From Squalus acanthias (taxonomy: Eukaryota), in assembly GCA_030390025.1 (NCBI GenBank), contig CM059432.1, positions 86,678,001 to 86,742,000 of the forward strand: 64,000 nucleotides of DNA, given 5' to 3'. Within the stretch, counting starts at the first letter, position 1. The number at the start of each line of letters is the position of its first letter. Under the pieces are notes generated by a model that was not told the origin of the DNA, did no database searches, and was given only the letters and a program-made list of their open reading frames with translations. Both the position numbers and the translations under genes were made by a program. Below are positions 1 to 13,316 of this stretch, in pieces.

Positions 1-19
1 GAAGGAATAATGCTCCAGT

Positions 20-1420
20 CACTCTGACATTAGATATCAACATTTCAACCCTTCTCTACACTGTCTCCAAAGCCTCTGTGACTAGAAATGAATGCAGTCA
101 CGACGCAGAGTACTATACAACTTCAGCATAACAGTATCAGATTTGTACTCTAATGATTTGGCAATATAACTCAGCAGTCAACTTGATTTGTTGATTATTA
201 CTCAATGGTAACTGTATATGGTGAGTACAGGGCCTACCATAACTCCTGATCTCGACTAGATGTCTCCTATTCTTTCTTCCAATATGTAATACCTTGCACT
301 TATCTGTATTCATTTCCAGCTGCTAAAGGTCTGGCCACTTGCAACTTATGTTCAGGTCTTTCTCAGTCCCTTAGCTGTCCGACCAGACTCAATTATCCCT
401 CCTAGGTTCTCATCTGAAAATTTGGCCAAATTGCATTGCTTTTCTGAATCCAGGTATTTATGTAAACTTAAGACAATAGGATCCCCAGCACTGATCCCCG
501 GGGCACTCGACTCAATACATTGCCCCAGCTTGGCATCACTCTCCTAACTAGCATACTGTTTCCTCTCTTTCAGACAATTCTTTATTTACCTCCACGTTTT
601 ACAAAAGATGTTCAATGCCATTTTTATTTTAATCAGCTTATTTTAACATAATTTCATGTAAAACTTAAATTTTCTGGAATTCTAAGAATGCTACATCATT
701 GACTTTCCAACAGTCACTTGAGATGTTACTTCCTTTGGGGCTACACGGTAGCATAGTGGTTAGCACTGGTGTCTCACAGCGCCAGGGACCCGGGTTCGAA
801 TCTGACCTCGGGTGACTGTCTGTGTGGAGTTTGCACATTCTCCCCGTGTCTGCGTGGGTTTCCTCCGGGTGCTCCGGTTTCCTCCCACAGTCCAAAAATG
901 TGCGGGTTAGGTTGATTTGGCTATGATAAATTGACCCTTAGTGTTAGGGGGGATTAAATATGTGGGGTTATGGGGATAGGATGGGATATGTTAGGGGGAA
1001 TTAAATATGTGGGGTTACGGGGGGTAGGGTGGGATATGTGTACTGTGGGGATTAAAGCAGGGACAGGGTACTGGATTTGGATGATCAGCCATGATCGTAT
1101 TGAATGGTGGAGCAGGCTCGACGGGCCGAATGGCCTACTCCTGCTCCTAGATTCTATGTTTCTATGTTTTTCCTCAGAAAAAGATTGATTAGGCAGTATC
1201 TCCTTCTTCTGAAACCTTGTTGGCTGCCATTCACTAAATGTGTCATGTTAGGTAATCCTCAAGTTTGTTCTTAATGTCCAATTCCATTATTTTTCCAGCT
1301 AATAATGGATTTAGCTGCATTTATTTTCACAACTTTTTGAAAATACCTACCATGTTGTCTCATTTTCAATACAGAGAGCGCTCCTGGAGCAACTGATTTC
1401 CTCATTATAACTACAAGTAT
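20..1420 (-). mobile_element. Old degraded CR1 LINE interrupted by the V-SINE
   Basis: Reverse-strand remnants of GVPQGSVLG (about 480-510) and FADD region; homology resumes after 1170. Confidence 0.55.
737..1167 (+). mobile_element. HE1-type V-SINE (tRNA head, V domain, CR1-like tail)
   Basis: A/B boxes (tagcatagtgg; ggttcgaatc), V-domain tgtggagtttgcacattctccccgtgtctgcgtgggtttcctccgggtgctccggtttcctccca, tail shared with neighbouring CR1 3' ends. Confidence 0.88.
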
Positions 1421-1587
1421 GCAACTTCAAAAACAGCTTCAACTTACACTATTTATTTGATAGTATAACTCAACATACTGTTTGCTTTGTTGATTGCTGT
1501 TTCATGTGTTGAGTCTGCTATCACATCCAGATATCTTTCAGCCTCTCCTCTAGCAATTCAGTATAAAACTAAACAAACAAAATATAC

Positions 1588-2957
1588 AAGACCCCGTTAG
1601 GCCTCATCTAGAATACTGTCCAGTTTTGGCCCCCTCACACAGTGGGTGATATTGAGCCATCGGAAAAGGATCGAGGGAGGGCTAAGAGAATGATCCCTAG
1701 CTTAAAAGCACTTAGTTATCATGATAGCCTTAGAGAGCTGGGGATTTTTAACTTTAGAAAAGTGTAGACTTCGGAGAGATTGAATTGAAATATTTAAAAG
1801 GTTGAAGGGACTAGACTGTGTCTGTGTGGATAGACTATTTGAGCTAGATAGGTTACAGAAAAAGAGGGGCCTATCAGCTACACAAGCATAGGACTAGGTT
1901 AGACATCAGGAGATATTTTAATACGCAGAAGGTTGTTGACATCTGGGCCAAGTTGAGAAGGCTGTTAAAAAAGCATATGGTATCCTTGGCTTTATTAATA
2001 GAGGAATAGAGTACAAAAGAAAGGAAGTCATGCTAAACCTTTATAAAACAGAAGTTAGACCTCAGCTGGGGTATTGTGTCCAATTCTGAGTGCCACACTT
2101 TAGGAAGGATGTTAAGGCCTTTGATAGGGTGCAGAAGAGATTTACTAGAATGGTACCAGTGATGAGGGCCTTCAGTTACGTGGAGAAACTGGAGAAGTTG
2201 GGGTTCTCCTTAGGGCAAAGAAGGTTAAGAGGAGATTTGATAGAGGTGTTCAAAATCATGAAGGGTTTTGATCAAGTAAATAAAGAGAAACTGTTTCCAG
2301 AGACGGAAGAGTCGGTAGCCAGAGGACATAGATTTAATGTGATTGTCAAAGAACCAGAGGTGACATGAGGAAACATTGTTTTGCACAAGTTATTGTGATC
2401 TGGAATGTACTGCCTGAAAGGGCGGTGGAAGCAGATTCACTTGTAATATTCAAAAGAGAATTGGATAAATACTTGAAGGAAAAAATTACAGGACTATGTG
2501 GAAAAAGCAGGGGAGTGAAATTAATTGGATAGCCAAAGAGCTGGCACAGGGACGATGAGCCGAATCGCCTTCTTCTGTGCTGTATCATTCTATGATTCTA
2601 AGTTATTGGTATGAGCGGTGAGTGTGGACTTGCTGCGACAGTTCAAAAAGGAACTGGACGGGTTCCTTGTTTTTATCTAATATCACTGCGTTGAGAAGGT
2701 AGGTGGTCATTGTGATCTCCTGAAACTTGATTTTGACCGCCTTAGGGGGTCAAAGAGGAATTTCCTAGATTTTGTTTCTCCTGAATTGACATAGGGTTTT
2801 GTTTTAAATCTGTTTTTTTGCCATTGTCAGGAGACTGCATGACTACTAGAGGGAGGGAACACTGGGAGTCATAATGCTTTGTTGCATTGTTACTGTTTGG
2901 GACAGGCTCGATGGATTAGCCGTTTTTCTCCTGTCTGCCTTTTCTTATGTTCATATG
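1588..2957 (+). mobile_element. CR1 LINE 3' fragments: younger copy (about 1945-2600) nested in an older copy
   Basis: RPQL.YCVQF..PH.RKD..RVQKRFTRM..RRLRGDLIEVFKI motifs; the older copy resumes after the attctatg tail. Confidence 0.82.
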
Positions 2958-3133
2958 TGTTTCAAATTGCATATTATATTTAGTAATTTGGAGGTCCTGA
3001 CAGTTGACGGGATTGCTGGGGGGGCTTTAGGCAAGTACTAACTAGTGTAAAGGCCAGACAAAGTGATATTTTTTCTACACTGTGCTCATTGAAAAATAAA
3101 AGAATCATGGCATAATACAGATATCAAACTTAC

Positions 3134-3247
3134 CTGAATCTGTAGAGAAGTTCCCATTTCTAACTTCCCATTGCATGCAGAACTTCTAAAAGGAAATGTT
3201 ACAGGACCTTTTCTTCTGCTATTGATAATATTTTGAGGGTCCATCTC
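3134..3247 (-). other. Candidate 114-nt exon with ATG in good context
   Basis: tctctttactttgtgaacag|GAGATGG...ATTCAG|GTAAGT; open only in frame 0: EMDPQNIINSRRKGPVTFPFRSSACNGKLEMGTSLQIQ. Confidence 0.3.
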
Positions 3248-3879
3248 CTGTTCACAAAGTAAAGAGATTCACCAGTCCTTGACTTAGTTTAATGGCTAAG
3301 CAGCAATTTTTTGCATATTTGTCTCAAGATCTTTCAAATCAAGACTTCCCTGATTTTAGATTAATGTACTGAACTGGTTTTGAAGTTGATGTATCCCATT
3401 TGGAAACACCAAATTAACATGTGTTCTGAAGCTACCTTTTCTCCATTCTCTTCTGCTGTAGCAATTCATGCTGGAGTACAGTTCTAAACGTGATATTAGC
3501 CACCTGGTACCTCATTCATAGTCTTCATATGCAAGTATGGACAGCAAGTATTGGCGGGCTATTCAATCACAGGGAGTCACACTCGGGCCCCATAATCCTA
3601 TTCTCACTCAACATGCTCACCAGATAGCAATAAGGAGGAGGAACCCAGCAGTGACACTGAGGCTAATTAATGCAGCACACTGTCACATGGCTGAAACTCA
3701 AATAAATTTAACATGGTCCAAATTGTGCAGATTCCCAATTTTGACTGTCACAGGAACATGTGTCAAAGGCTCAATAACAACTGGGAGGATATCTGAGCCT
3801 TTCATGGCACCAGGACTGGGGAGAGAGAGAGCTGTTCCGTTGGGACGGACTACACCTGAACCATGCTGGGACCAGAGTT

Positions 3880-6615
3880 CTAGCGAATCGAATAACTAGG
3901 GAGGTAGATAGGGCTTTAAACTAAATAAGGCGGGGGGGAAGGTCCCGGTGGGGAGGGTCCCGGTGGGGAGAAATCTAGAATGCTAAAAAGAAAAGACAAG
4001 GAAGCAGTGCAGGAAAGTGATTGGGGTAAGGATAACCAGATTGTGTCAGGAAGGGTCAGAGCGTACAAACAAAAGAGTGCACGAACAAATAGGGTCCGGG
4101 TAAAAAAAAATGGTAAGACAAATAGGGCCATAGTGCAAAAAAATGTTAAGATGTCTAAAAATGTTAAAAAGACAAATCTAAAGGCACTGTATCTGAATGC
4201 ACGAAGCATTCATAATAAGGTAGATGAATTAACAGCGCAAATAGATGAAAACGGATCCGATATAATTGCGATTACGGAGACATGGCTGCAGGGTGACCAA
4301 GGCTGGGAGCTGAATATCCAAGGGTATTCGATATTTAGGAAGGACAGGCAAAAAGGAAAAGGAGGTGGGTGGCATTGTTAGTAAAGGATGAAATCAGAGC
4401 AATAGTGAGAAAGGATATTGGCTCAGAAAATCAAGATGTAGAATCAGTCTGGGTGGAGCTAAGAAACACCAAGGGGCAGAAAACATTGATGGGAGTTGTC
4501 TATAGGCCTCCAAACAGTAGTGGTAATGTAGGGGACGGCATCAAACAGGAAATTAGAGATGCATGTAACAAGGGTACTACAGTAATCATGGGTGACTTTA
4601 ATCTACATATAGACTGGCCAAACCAAATTAGCAATAATACTGTGGAGGATGAATTCCTGGAGTGTATACGAGATGGTTTTTTAGACCAGTACGTTGAGAA
4701 GCCAACTAGGGAACAGGCTTTCCTAGATTGGGTATTGTGCAATGAGAAGGGGTTAATTAATAATCTTGTTGTGCGGGGTCCTTTCGGGAAGAGTGACCAT
4801 AACATGTAGGAATTCTTCATTAAGATGGAAAGTGAAGTAGTCCAATCTGAAACTAGGGTCCTAAATCTAAACAAAGGAAACTACGAAGGTATGAGGAGTG
4901 AGTTGGCTACGATAGATTGGGGAGCTTCATTAAAAGGCATGAAAGTGGATAGGCAATGGCTAACATTTAAGGAACGAATGCATGAATTGCAACAGTTATA
5001 CATTCCTTTCTGGCGCAAAAACACAAAAGAAAAACGGCCCAACCATGGCTAACAAAAGAAATTAAGGATAGTATTAGATCCAAAGAGGAGTCATATAAAG
5101 TTGCCAGAAAAAGTAGCAAGCCTGAGGACTGGGAGCAGTTTAAAGTTCAGCAAAAAAGGACCAAGAGATTGATTAAGAGGGGAAAAATAGAGTATGAGAG
5201 TAAACTTGCAAGGAACATAAAAGTGGACTGTAAAAGCTTCAACAAGTATGTAAAAAGAAAAAGATTAGTGAAGACAAATGTAGGTCCTTTACAGTCAGAA
5301 ACGGGAGAATTTATAATGGGGAACAAGGAAATGGCAGAGCAATTAAACAAATACTTTGGTTCTGTCTTCACGGAAGAGGACACAAATAACTTCCCAGAAA
5401 TGCGAGGGAACCAAGGGTCTAGTGAGAAGGAGGAATTAAAGGAAATTAGTATTAGTAAAAAAATAGTGCTAGAGAAATTAATGGGACTGAAAGCTGATAA
5501 ATCCCCAGGGCCTGATAGTCTGCATCCCAGAGTACTAAAAGAGGTAGCCATGGAAATAGTGGATGTATTGGTTGTTATCTTCCAAAATTCTATAGATTAT
5601 GGAACAGTTCCTGCAGATTGGAGGGTGGCAAACGTAACCCCACTATTTAAAAAAGGAGGGAGAGAGAAAACAGGGAACTACAGACCGGTTAGCCTAACAT
5701 CAGTAGTAGGGAAAATGCTAGAGTCTATTATAAAGGATGGGATAACAGGACACTTCGAAAATATCAACGGAGTTAGACAAAGTCAACATGGATTTATGAA
5801 AGGGAAATCGTGTTTGACAAACCTACTGGAGTTTTTTGAGGATGTAACTGGTAGAATAGATAAGGGAGAACCAGTGGATGTGGTGTATTTGGATTTTCAG
5901 AAGGCCTTTGATAAAGTCCCACATAAGAGGTTAGTGTGCAAAATTAAAGCACATGGGATTGGGGGTAATATACTGGCATGGATTGAAAATTGGTTAACAG
6001 ACAGGAAACAGAGAGTAGGAATAAATGGGTCTTTTTCGGGGGGGCAGGCAGGTGACTAGTGGGGTACCGCAGGGATCAGTGCTTGGGCCCCAGCTATTCA
6101 CAATATATATCAATGATTTGGATAAGGGAACCAAATGCAATATTTCCAAGTTTGCTGACGACACGAAACTAGGTGGGATTGTGAGTTGTGAGGAGGATGC
6201 AAAGAGGCTTCAAGGCGATTTAGACAAGTTGAGTGAGTGGGCAAATATATGGCAGATGCAGTATAATGTGGATAAATATGAAGTTATCCACTTCGGTAGG
6301 AAAAACAGAAAGGCAGAGTATTATTTAAATGGTGATAGATTGGGAAATGTTGATGTACAAAGGGGCCTTGGTGTGAGAAATTTCTTCACTCAGAGGGTGG
6401 TGAACCTGTGGAATTCTCTACCACAGAAGGCTGTGGAGGCCAAGTCACTGAATATATTTAAGGAGATAGATAGATTTCTAGACGCAAAAGGCGTCAAGGG
6501 GTATGGAGAGAGCGGGAATTTGGTATTGAGATAGAGGATCAGCCATGATCATATTGAATGGCAGAGCAGGCTCGAAGGGCCGAATGGCCTATTCCTGCTC
6601 CTATTTTTCTATGTG
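3880..6615 (+). mobile_element. CR1 LINE, long copy with APE endonuclease and RT, frameshifted, internal 3' deletion
   Basis: LYLNARS, IAITETWL, MGDFN, SDH (endonuclease); NYRPVSLTS, DFQKAFDKV, GVPQGSVLGP, FADD (RT); jump at about 6372 into the 3' end. Confidence 0.95.
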
Positions 6616-6691
6616 CATTTTAGCCTCTAATTGCCTGGGTAGAAAGGGTGCCAATCCCAGCTCTCCTCAACATTAGCTGCCTATAGAGAAA

Positions 6692-7640
6692 CGAGTGTAA
6701 TGTATCCAAGTTTGCGGACGATACAAAGCTAGGTGGAAAAGTAAGCTGTGAGGAGGACACAAAGAGCCTGAAAAGGGATATAGACAGGTTAAGTGAGTGG
6801 GCAATAAGGTGGCAGATGGAGTATAATGTGGGGAAATGTGAGGTTATTCACTTTGGTAGGAAGAATAGAAAAACAGAATATTTTTTTAAATGGTGAGAAA
6901 CTATTAAATGTTGGTGTTCAGAGAGATTTAGGTGTCCTCGTGCAAGAAACACAGAGAGTTAGCATGCAGGTACAGCAAGCAATTAGGAAGGCAAATTGCA
7001 TTTTGGCCTTTATTGCAAGGGGGTTGGAGTACAAAAGTAAGGAAGTCTTACTACAATTGTACAGGGCTTTGGTGAGACCACACCTGGAGTACTGTGCACA
7101 GTTTTGGTCTCCTTATCTGAGGAAGGATATATTTGCCTTAGAGGCAGTGCAACGAAGATTCACTAGCTTGATTCCTGGAATGAGAGGGTTGTCCTATGAG
7201 GAGAGAATGAGTAGATTGGGTCTATACTCTCTGGAGCGTAGAAGAATGAGAGGTGATCTCATTGAAACATAAGATTCTGAGGGGGATTGACAGGGTAGAT
7301 GCTGAGAAGTTGTTTCACCTGGCTGGAGAGTCTAGAACTAGGGGGCAGTCTCAGGATAAGGGGTCGGCCATTTAAGATTGAGATGAGGAGGAATTTCTTC
7401 ACTCAGGAGGGTTGCGAATCTTTGGAATTCTCTACCCCAAAGGGCTGTGGATGCTGAGTCGTTGAGTATATTCAAGGCTGAGATAGATAGATTTTTGGAC
7501 TCATGGGGAATCAAGGCATATGGGTATAGGGCGAGAAAGTGGAGTTGAGGTTGAATATCAGCCATGATCTTATTGAATGGCAGAGCAGTCTCAAGGGGCC
7601 ATATGGCCTACTCCTGCTCCTAATTCTTATGTTATGTTCC
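6692..7640 (+). mobile_element. CR1 LINE 3' fragment
   Basis: FADDTKL through RPHLEYCAQFWSP to the 3' UTR and ttcttatg tail. Confidence 0.92.
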
Positions 7641-8370
7641 AATCACACACATCATCCATGTGGCTTGTGTTTAGTCAAGAAAACTTGACCCTGTGGTTTT
7701 CTACAATTTGGTTTTAGACATGACCAATGTTAATATCTCCTCTCTGGAAGGACAATTATTTAGCAATCTTTTCTAACACATTTTATTTGGACAACAGAGG
7801 ACAGTAATTTATATTGAAAGGACTTTTTCCTCTACACCCCCCTGCCCCCACCCTAGGTGACACTCTCCTTTATTATTCTATGATTTAAAAACACTACAAT
7901 TATCTAGGGGCATCATTTCCACAGATCAAAAGTCCTGGACCTTGATTATAAGAATAACCTGACAAAAATCAAAGCTTATAATCCAACAGAGATGAGGCAA
8001 ATGAGTAGCTGTAGGTTGGAATGCTGGAAGCAACGTGAATATGTAGCTCACTTGGAACATCTAGTGAAGGAAGCCAGGTACTGCAGCAATATAATAATAA
8101 GCAGCTTCTTATCCTGGCCTTACAGATAACCTGTTTTTAAGTGGTAAATCCTGTATTAATAGAAAAAAAATCTGGTCCCCAAAATTGTATGGGAGAAAAA
8201 TGACAATTTTTTTTACAAACTTATCATCTGTCCAATGTTACCAGCCCCTCTCCAAAATAGCTACCAAGATTTCAGAGAAATCAAACTTCTAAAAGAGCTG
8301 CAGAGAAACTTAACATATATAGAAAATCCCAACATGTCAAATTGGCTCAGTGGTAGCACTGTTGCTCCAC

Positions 8371-8849
8371 GGTGTCAGCTGTGGCTCAGTTGGTAGCACT
8401 CTTGTCTGTGAGTCAGAAGGTTGTGGGTTCAAGTCCCACTCCAGAGACTTGAGCACAAAATCTAAACTGACACTCCAGTGCAGTACTGAGGGAGTGCTGC
8501 ATTGTCGGAAGTGCCATCTTTCGATGAGACGTTAAGCCGAGGCCCCGTCTGCTCTCTTGGCTGGACATAAAAGATCCCATGACACTATTTCGAAGAAGAG
8601 CAGGGGAGCTATCCCCAGTGTCCTGGCCAATTTTATCCCTCAATCAACATAAAAAAAACAGATTATCTGGTCATTATCACATTGCTGTTTGTGGGAGATT
8701 GCTGTGCGTAATTTGGCTGCCGCGTTTCCTACATTACAACAGTGACTCCACTTCAAAAGTACTTCATTGGCTGTAAAGTGCTTTGGGACGTCCTGAGGTC
8801 GTGAAAGGCGCTATATAAATGTAAGTCTTTCTTTTTCTTTTTTCTTTTC
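8371..8849 (+). mobile_element. tRNA-derived Deu-domain SINE (SacSINE1/AmnSINE1-like), nested in an older copy (about 8335-9150)
   Basis: A/B boxes tggctcagttgg, ggttcaagtcc; Deu-like core gtgcagtactgagggagtgctgca...; L2-like tail aggcgctatataaat. Confidence 0.82.
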
Positions 8850-9498
8850 AGTGCAGTACTGTCAGAAGTGCCTTCTTTCAGGTGAAACATAAACAGAGTC
8901 CTGTCTGCCATGGCACTATTCAAAGAGTGGGGAAGTTCTCTCAGTGTCCTGTTCAAGACTTATTCTTCAACCAATACCACCAAAACAGATGACCATTCAT
9001 TCATTTGCTATTTGTGAACCTTGCTGTGTGCAAGATGGCTGCCATATTTGTTTTATATAACAGCATTTCAAAAGTACTTTATTAGGTGTCATGCACTTTG
9101 GGGCATCCTGACGATATGAAAGGCACCATATAAATGCAAGTTCTTTCTTTACTTGCTACTTGACACAACTTCCAAAAAACGATGCATCATTTAGTAATGT
9201 TTCGCCCAAAAGCAAAATTGGGTACAGTAATAAGGTTAGGATTATGTGGCCTCTTTGCTAACTTACATTTACTGTGAGCCACTGGCATATCACTTTCCCC
9301 GTTTTACAAAGAACTGAAAACTGGCATGAAACCACCTGCAATGAAATTAAATTGGAAAAAGGGTTTTGTCCATACAGATGTGTAGGTTTCAGTCCCAGCT
9401 TCACATGCAGACAAGAAAACAACAGTCAAATTTTTCACCAACTCATCAGCAAAGGACATTAACATACGTAAAATTCTGTGGCTACACTATTTTATATT

Positions 9499-10474
9499 GA
9501 CCGCGAATTTGCGGGGTAGCTAAGGAGTACGCCGCCGACATCCGAACAAAATCCGCACTTACCTCGTACGAACCCCCCTTCGAGAAGTTGTTTTCAAACG
9601 TTGCAGAGTTGTGCGCAGCGTAGTGGCTCACGGATCCCAGGAACGCACCGTTGTGCTTATGCGAACCTGGAATCACGTGGGGCGGTGCTCCTTTCACTTC
9701 CTGAAACTTAGCCAATCAGGAAACAGAGGAGATCGCTGATTTGCCCACAACTCATTTTAAATAATTTAGCAGTTAGAAATGCTATTTTATTGATAAATTA
9801 CATAATTGCAATAGTATTTAATACACAAACCAAGATTTCAACATTAATAGAATTCGATCAAACACTGAAAAGTCTCGAGATACTTTTTACTAAAGGTGAC
9901 CATAATACAATAAATCTCGATTAGGATGCTTTTATACAAAGCATGCAGAGAGTTTAAATGTCTGATAACATGAGGAAATCATGAAAGTGAATTAAATCAT
10001 ATCTAAATAGAAGTTGGGAGACAATTAAACCGAAACTACAAAAGGCTTTTGGGCAGCAAAGACGGTGACACAAAAAGGCCGTGTTTTCAAACTCAAACAA
10101 ATGAAAGTTTCTTTCAAAGTTCAAAGCTCAGACACGAACCAGTGCCTCATTGTTATGGGCTGTAGCATAAACCTAGCTCAACATTAATACAATTTTCTCA
10201 TCCCACCTCCCCTTACGCTGTGCAACAAGCTCCTGTGTCTGTTTGCACCAAACGTAAACATTTTCAGGGTAATTAATTCGCAGTAAGTGAACAATTCTCC
10301 CAACTTTTCACCAGCATTTGAATGAGGAGGTGAAACATGCAGTGAAGCCTATGTGCAGTCGGAACTTGACAGATTACAAGGTCAGGATAAATCCTGAACT
10401 TGCGGTCAATTTCAAAGGCGGTATGACTGCATACTCTCAAAGTACGCCGCCATACCAACCGCAAATTCAGGGCC
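9499..10474. mobile_element. Non-autonomous Harbinger-type element (MITE)
   Basis: Imperfect TIR gaccgcgaatttgcgg / ccgcaaattcagggcc (13 of 16), 3-bp TSD ATT on both sides, CpG-rich ends. Confidence 0.75.
9674..9719. promoter_or_regulatory. Promoter-like motif cluster within MITE
   Basis: CACGTG (9674-79), GGGCGG (9680-85), CACTTCCTG ETS-like (9695-9703), AGCCAATCAG CCAAT box (9710-19) within 46 bp. Confidence 0.4.
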
Positions 10475-10504
10475 ATTAATTTACAATCGCATGGTATTAA
10501 TATA

Positions 10505-11890
10505 TTACTGTTTTCTCTCAGTTCCTCTTCTGAAGGTACTTATATGTATTGAGATACAGTGCAACAAGTGCCAGCAGTCCTCCAGCTCCTTGCCCAAGTG
10601 GCAATTTCTCAAGCGCGACTCTAGACAGATAGTGTCAGCAAGCTTCTTGCCCATTACTGTCTGATCTTCTTCTAACCCAATGTCCACAAACATTTTCCAC
10701 ATAGGATCACTAGATAGCAATCAAGAGCAGTGAACTGGCTGATTTGTGTCCACCTAACCCAGGAACTCTGATGCCAACTATAGCTACCCCTGTTTGATAT
10801 CACATTGAGGATGGAATCTGAAAACTCCTGGTCTGTATCATTTAGTGCTATACCAGACGTTGCCCCTACTAACTAAGCCACTGGGAGACTCCTTTTGTCT
10901 CTTCTAAACAGACTATATCCTTTTACCTCATGGCTGCTTTCTCATTCACTATTTCTTTCCTCACTCCATTTTCCTTCATCAATTTATATCTGTATTCAAA
11001 ATAGAAACATACTACATCACAAGAAACAAGATTTCTTGAATTTGATACATTGTCAGTTATATTCCTTTCCAATTTCACATTTGCTTAAAGCACAGTTTAA
11101 CTTTTTAAGGTTACGACAAAGGTTTTTTGGTTAAATTGCTGCCACCCAAAATAGCAAAGTGCACATTATTGGAATGCTTATTATTTTTGTTGGGTGTATG
11201 GATGTCAAGAAACGTCAGACAAAGCCTCATTGCTCATTTAGCTCTTAGCGGTAGTTTACAAAAGGGTGTGAGGCATTCACACTTCTCTGACGTAGAAGAT
11301 CTGGATCAGTGAGATAACATGTTGGAATTCAGGAATGTGAGCTAAAAATATCTTGGGTGTATTATGTAAATTTTTCTTAAAGTTTCCTATTCAGAAGCAT
11401 TTGCAGTAGTATTCCTAACATCCAGAGCTCAAAAGTCACAAGGTAATTAAGGGGAAAAAATTCAGGAGCAATAATATTTTTTTGGTTCTTCTGTCATCCA
11501 CTTTTCTCCCCTTCTCAAGACACAAGCTCATGCTGGTTTTGAGTTCCAATGTGCCAACCACCTTTTGGTAGCTTGCCGAAATGCCTATGCTTTGCGTGGG
11601 AGTTTAGTCACAATATGTTGACGCAGAGCCCAACCCTTTCTTAACCTGATGTTCTCATATGTACACTCTCCAGCAGGAATTACTGGATAGCCGTTAGGTG
11701 TGGCAATCTTGGCTGATTTTTCCACCCCACCCCCTGCCCCGCCAGCCCAGAGATACTAAACTCAACTGTATTGCCTCAATGCCATCCCAGCTGAGATTAA
11801 CTAACTCAGCACAGACTAGGGATTGAACCCTAGCCCTTCCTGTTCTTTATGACTCAGGTCCGCTTAAAGCAGCCTTTTCAACAACTGAGA
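10505..11890 (-). mobile_element. Two copies of an old tRNA-headed SINE family (about 10505-10890 and 11480-11890)
   Basis: Shared motifs (actttccagca, cttggctgattt, aactcagcacagac, ggattgaacc); further copies at about 17340-17940, 19280-19560, 36850-37270, 52270-52630. Confidence 0.55.
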
Positions 11891-11984
11891 ATTGAAAAGC
11901 AGAGCTCCAACCTATTCCCTGCTACCAGGAATATGTATCCCATTAATGATTACATAACCAGGCCTATGTAACCTCAGCTTTTCC

Positions 11985-12665
11985 ATGTCCATTCGCATGC
12001 GCATTTTGGCTGCCGCTCCAGACCCGAGCCATTCACTTCTTTTCCCACTTTTGTCTCCCCCCTTTCCCTATTCGCTCTATCCCTCTCTGACCACTCTCTC
12101 CTATCATCATGCCTTCATTTCATCTCCTCTCTCGGATACACTGCCCTCACAAATCCCTACCTCAATCCTTCATTACTCTTCAACCTTCCTACTCTCCTGC
12201 CGTCGTCCCAGGCTTGACTCCCTCTTAGATAAGCCTACAGCTTCCCTCTGTGCCTCTCTTGGCATCCTACGAAGGGCCCATCAAGGCACTCGTCGCTGCC
12301 TCCTCATGAGCAGCAACCCCACCTGTATCATCCTACTCACTCATCGACCTTCCCGCCCAGCGCACCCGCTGGGGGCTAATCATGCCAATCTCCTCCCCGT
12401 CCAACTCACCCCTCCCAGCACTGACCATGTGGATGCTAGCAGTGGGTCAGCCATCACCGACTCTCTCCGCATCTCCCTCCACAATGTCTGTTCACTTGCA
12501 GAAAAGGCCCTTGCCATCCATGAGCTTATCGTGGATGATTGCATCGACATCGTGGCCCTGACGGAAACTTGGCTGAGGGGTGATGACACCTTCCCCCTAA
12601 ATGAAGCCTCCCTGCCTGGCTATACCTTCCACCACTTGCCCCGCCCAGACCACCGGGGTGGTGGT
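11985..12665 (+). mobile_element. L2-like LINE fragment with start of APE endonuclease
   Basis: LRISLHNVCSL...DIVALTETWL...PGYTFHHLPR...GGGV; truncated by a SINE. Confidence 0.75.
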
Positions 12666-13316
12666 GTGTGCCGTCTTTCGGATGAGACGTTAAACCAAGG
12701 CCCCGTCTGCTCTCTCAGGTGGATGTAAAAGATCCCATGACACTATTCGAAGAAGAGCAGGGGAGTTATCCCCGGTGTCCTGGCCAATATTTATCCCTCA
12801 ACCACAAAACAAAAACAGATTATCTGGTCATTATCACATTGCTGTTTGTGGGAGCTTGCTGTGCGCAAATTGGCTGCCGCGTTTCCCACATTACAACAGT
12901 GACTACATTCCAAAAGTATTTAATTGGCTATAAAGCGCTTTGAGACGTCCGGTGGTCGTGAAAGGTGCTATATAAATGCAAGTCTTTCTTTCTTTCTTAC
13001 CTATCAGGAAAGGTTGAACAGGCTGGGTCTCTTTTCTCTAGAAAGGAGAAGACTGAGGGGTGACCTGATAGAGGTCTTTAAGATTATGAAAGGGTTTGAT
13101 AGGATAGACGTAGAGAAGATGTTTCCACTTGCAGACAAGAACAGAACTAGGGGCCACAGTATAAGATAGTCACTAATAAATCCAATCGGGAATTCAGGAG
13201 AAATATCTATTGAAGAGGGGTGGGAGGAGGCTCGTGTGGAGCATAAACACCGGCATGGATCTGTTGGATCGAATGGCCTGTTTCTGTGCTGTAAATACTT
13301 TGTAATACTTTGTAAC
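12666..13316 (+). mobile_element. 5'-truncated Deu-domain SINE (to about 12995) abutting a CR1 3' fragment
   Basis: Similar to 8510-8849, then ERLNRLGLFSLERRRLRGDLIEVFKI. Confidence 0.82.

Noticed and set aside
737..810. tRNA gene (also at about 8371 and 46768)
   Set aside because: tRNA-like heads run directly into SINE bodies.
3980..6534. Active CR1 ORF2
   Set aside because: Multiple frameshifts, a stop near 4809 and an internal deletion near 6372.
9267..9335. 69-nt minus-strand exon-like segment (ttcattgcag|...AAAT|GTAAGT)
   Set aside because: Stop in the phase of the stau2 intron and weak exonic side of the donor; compatible with chance.
11985..12728. 247-aa ORF as a novel gene
   Set aside because: Chimera of an L2 endonuclease fragment running into a SINE.
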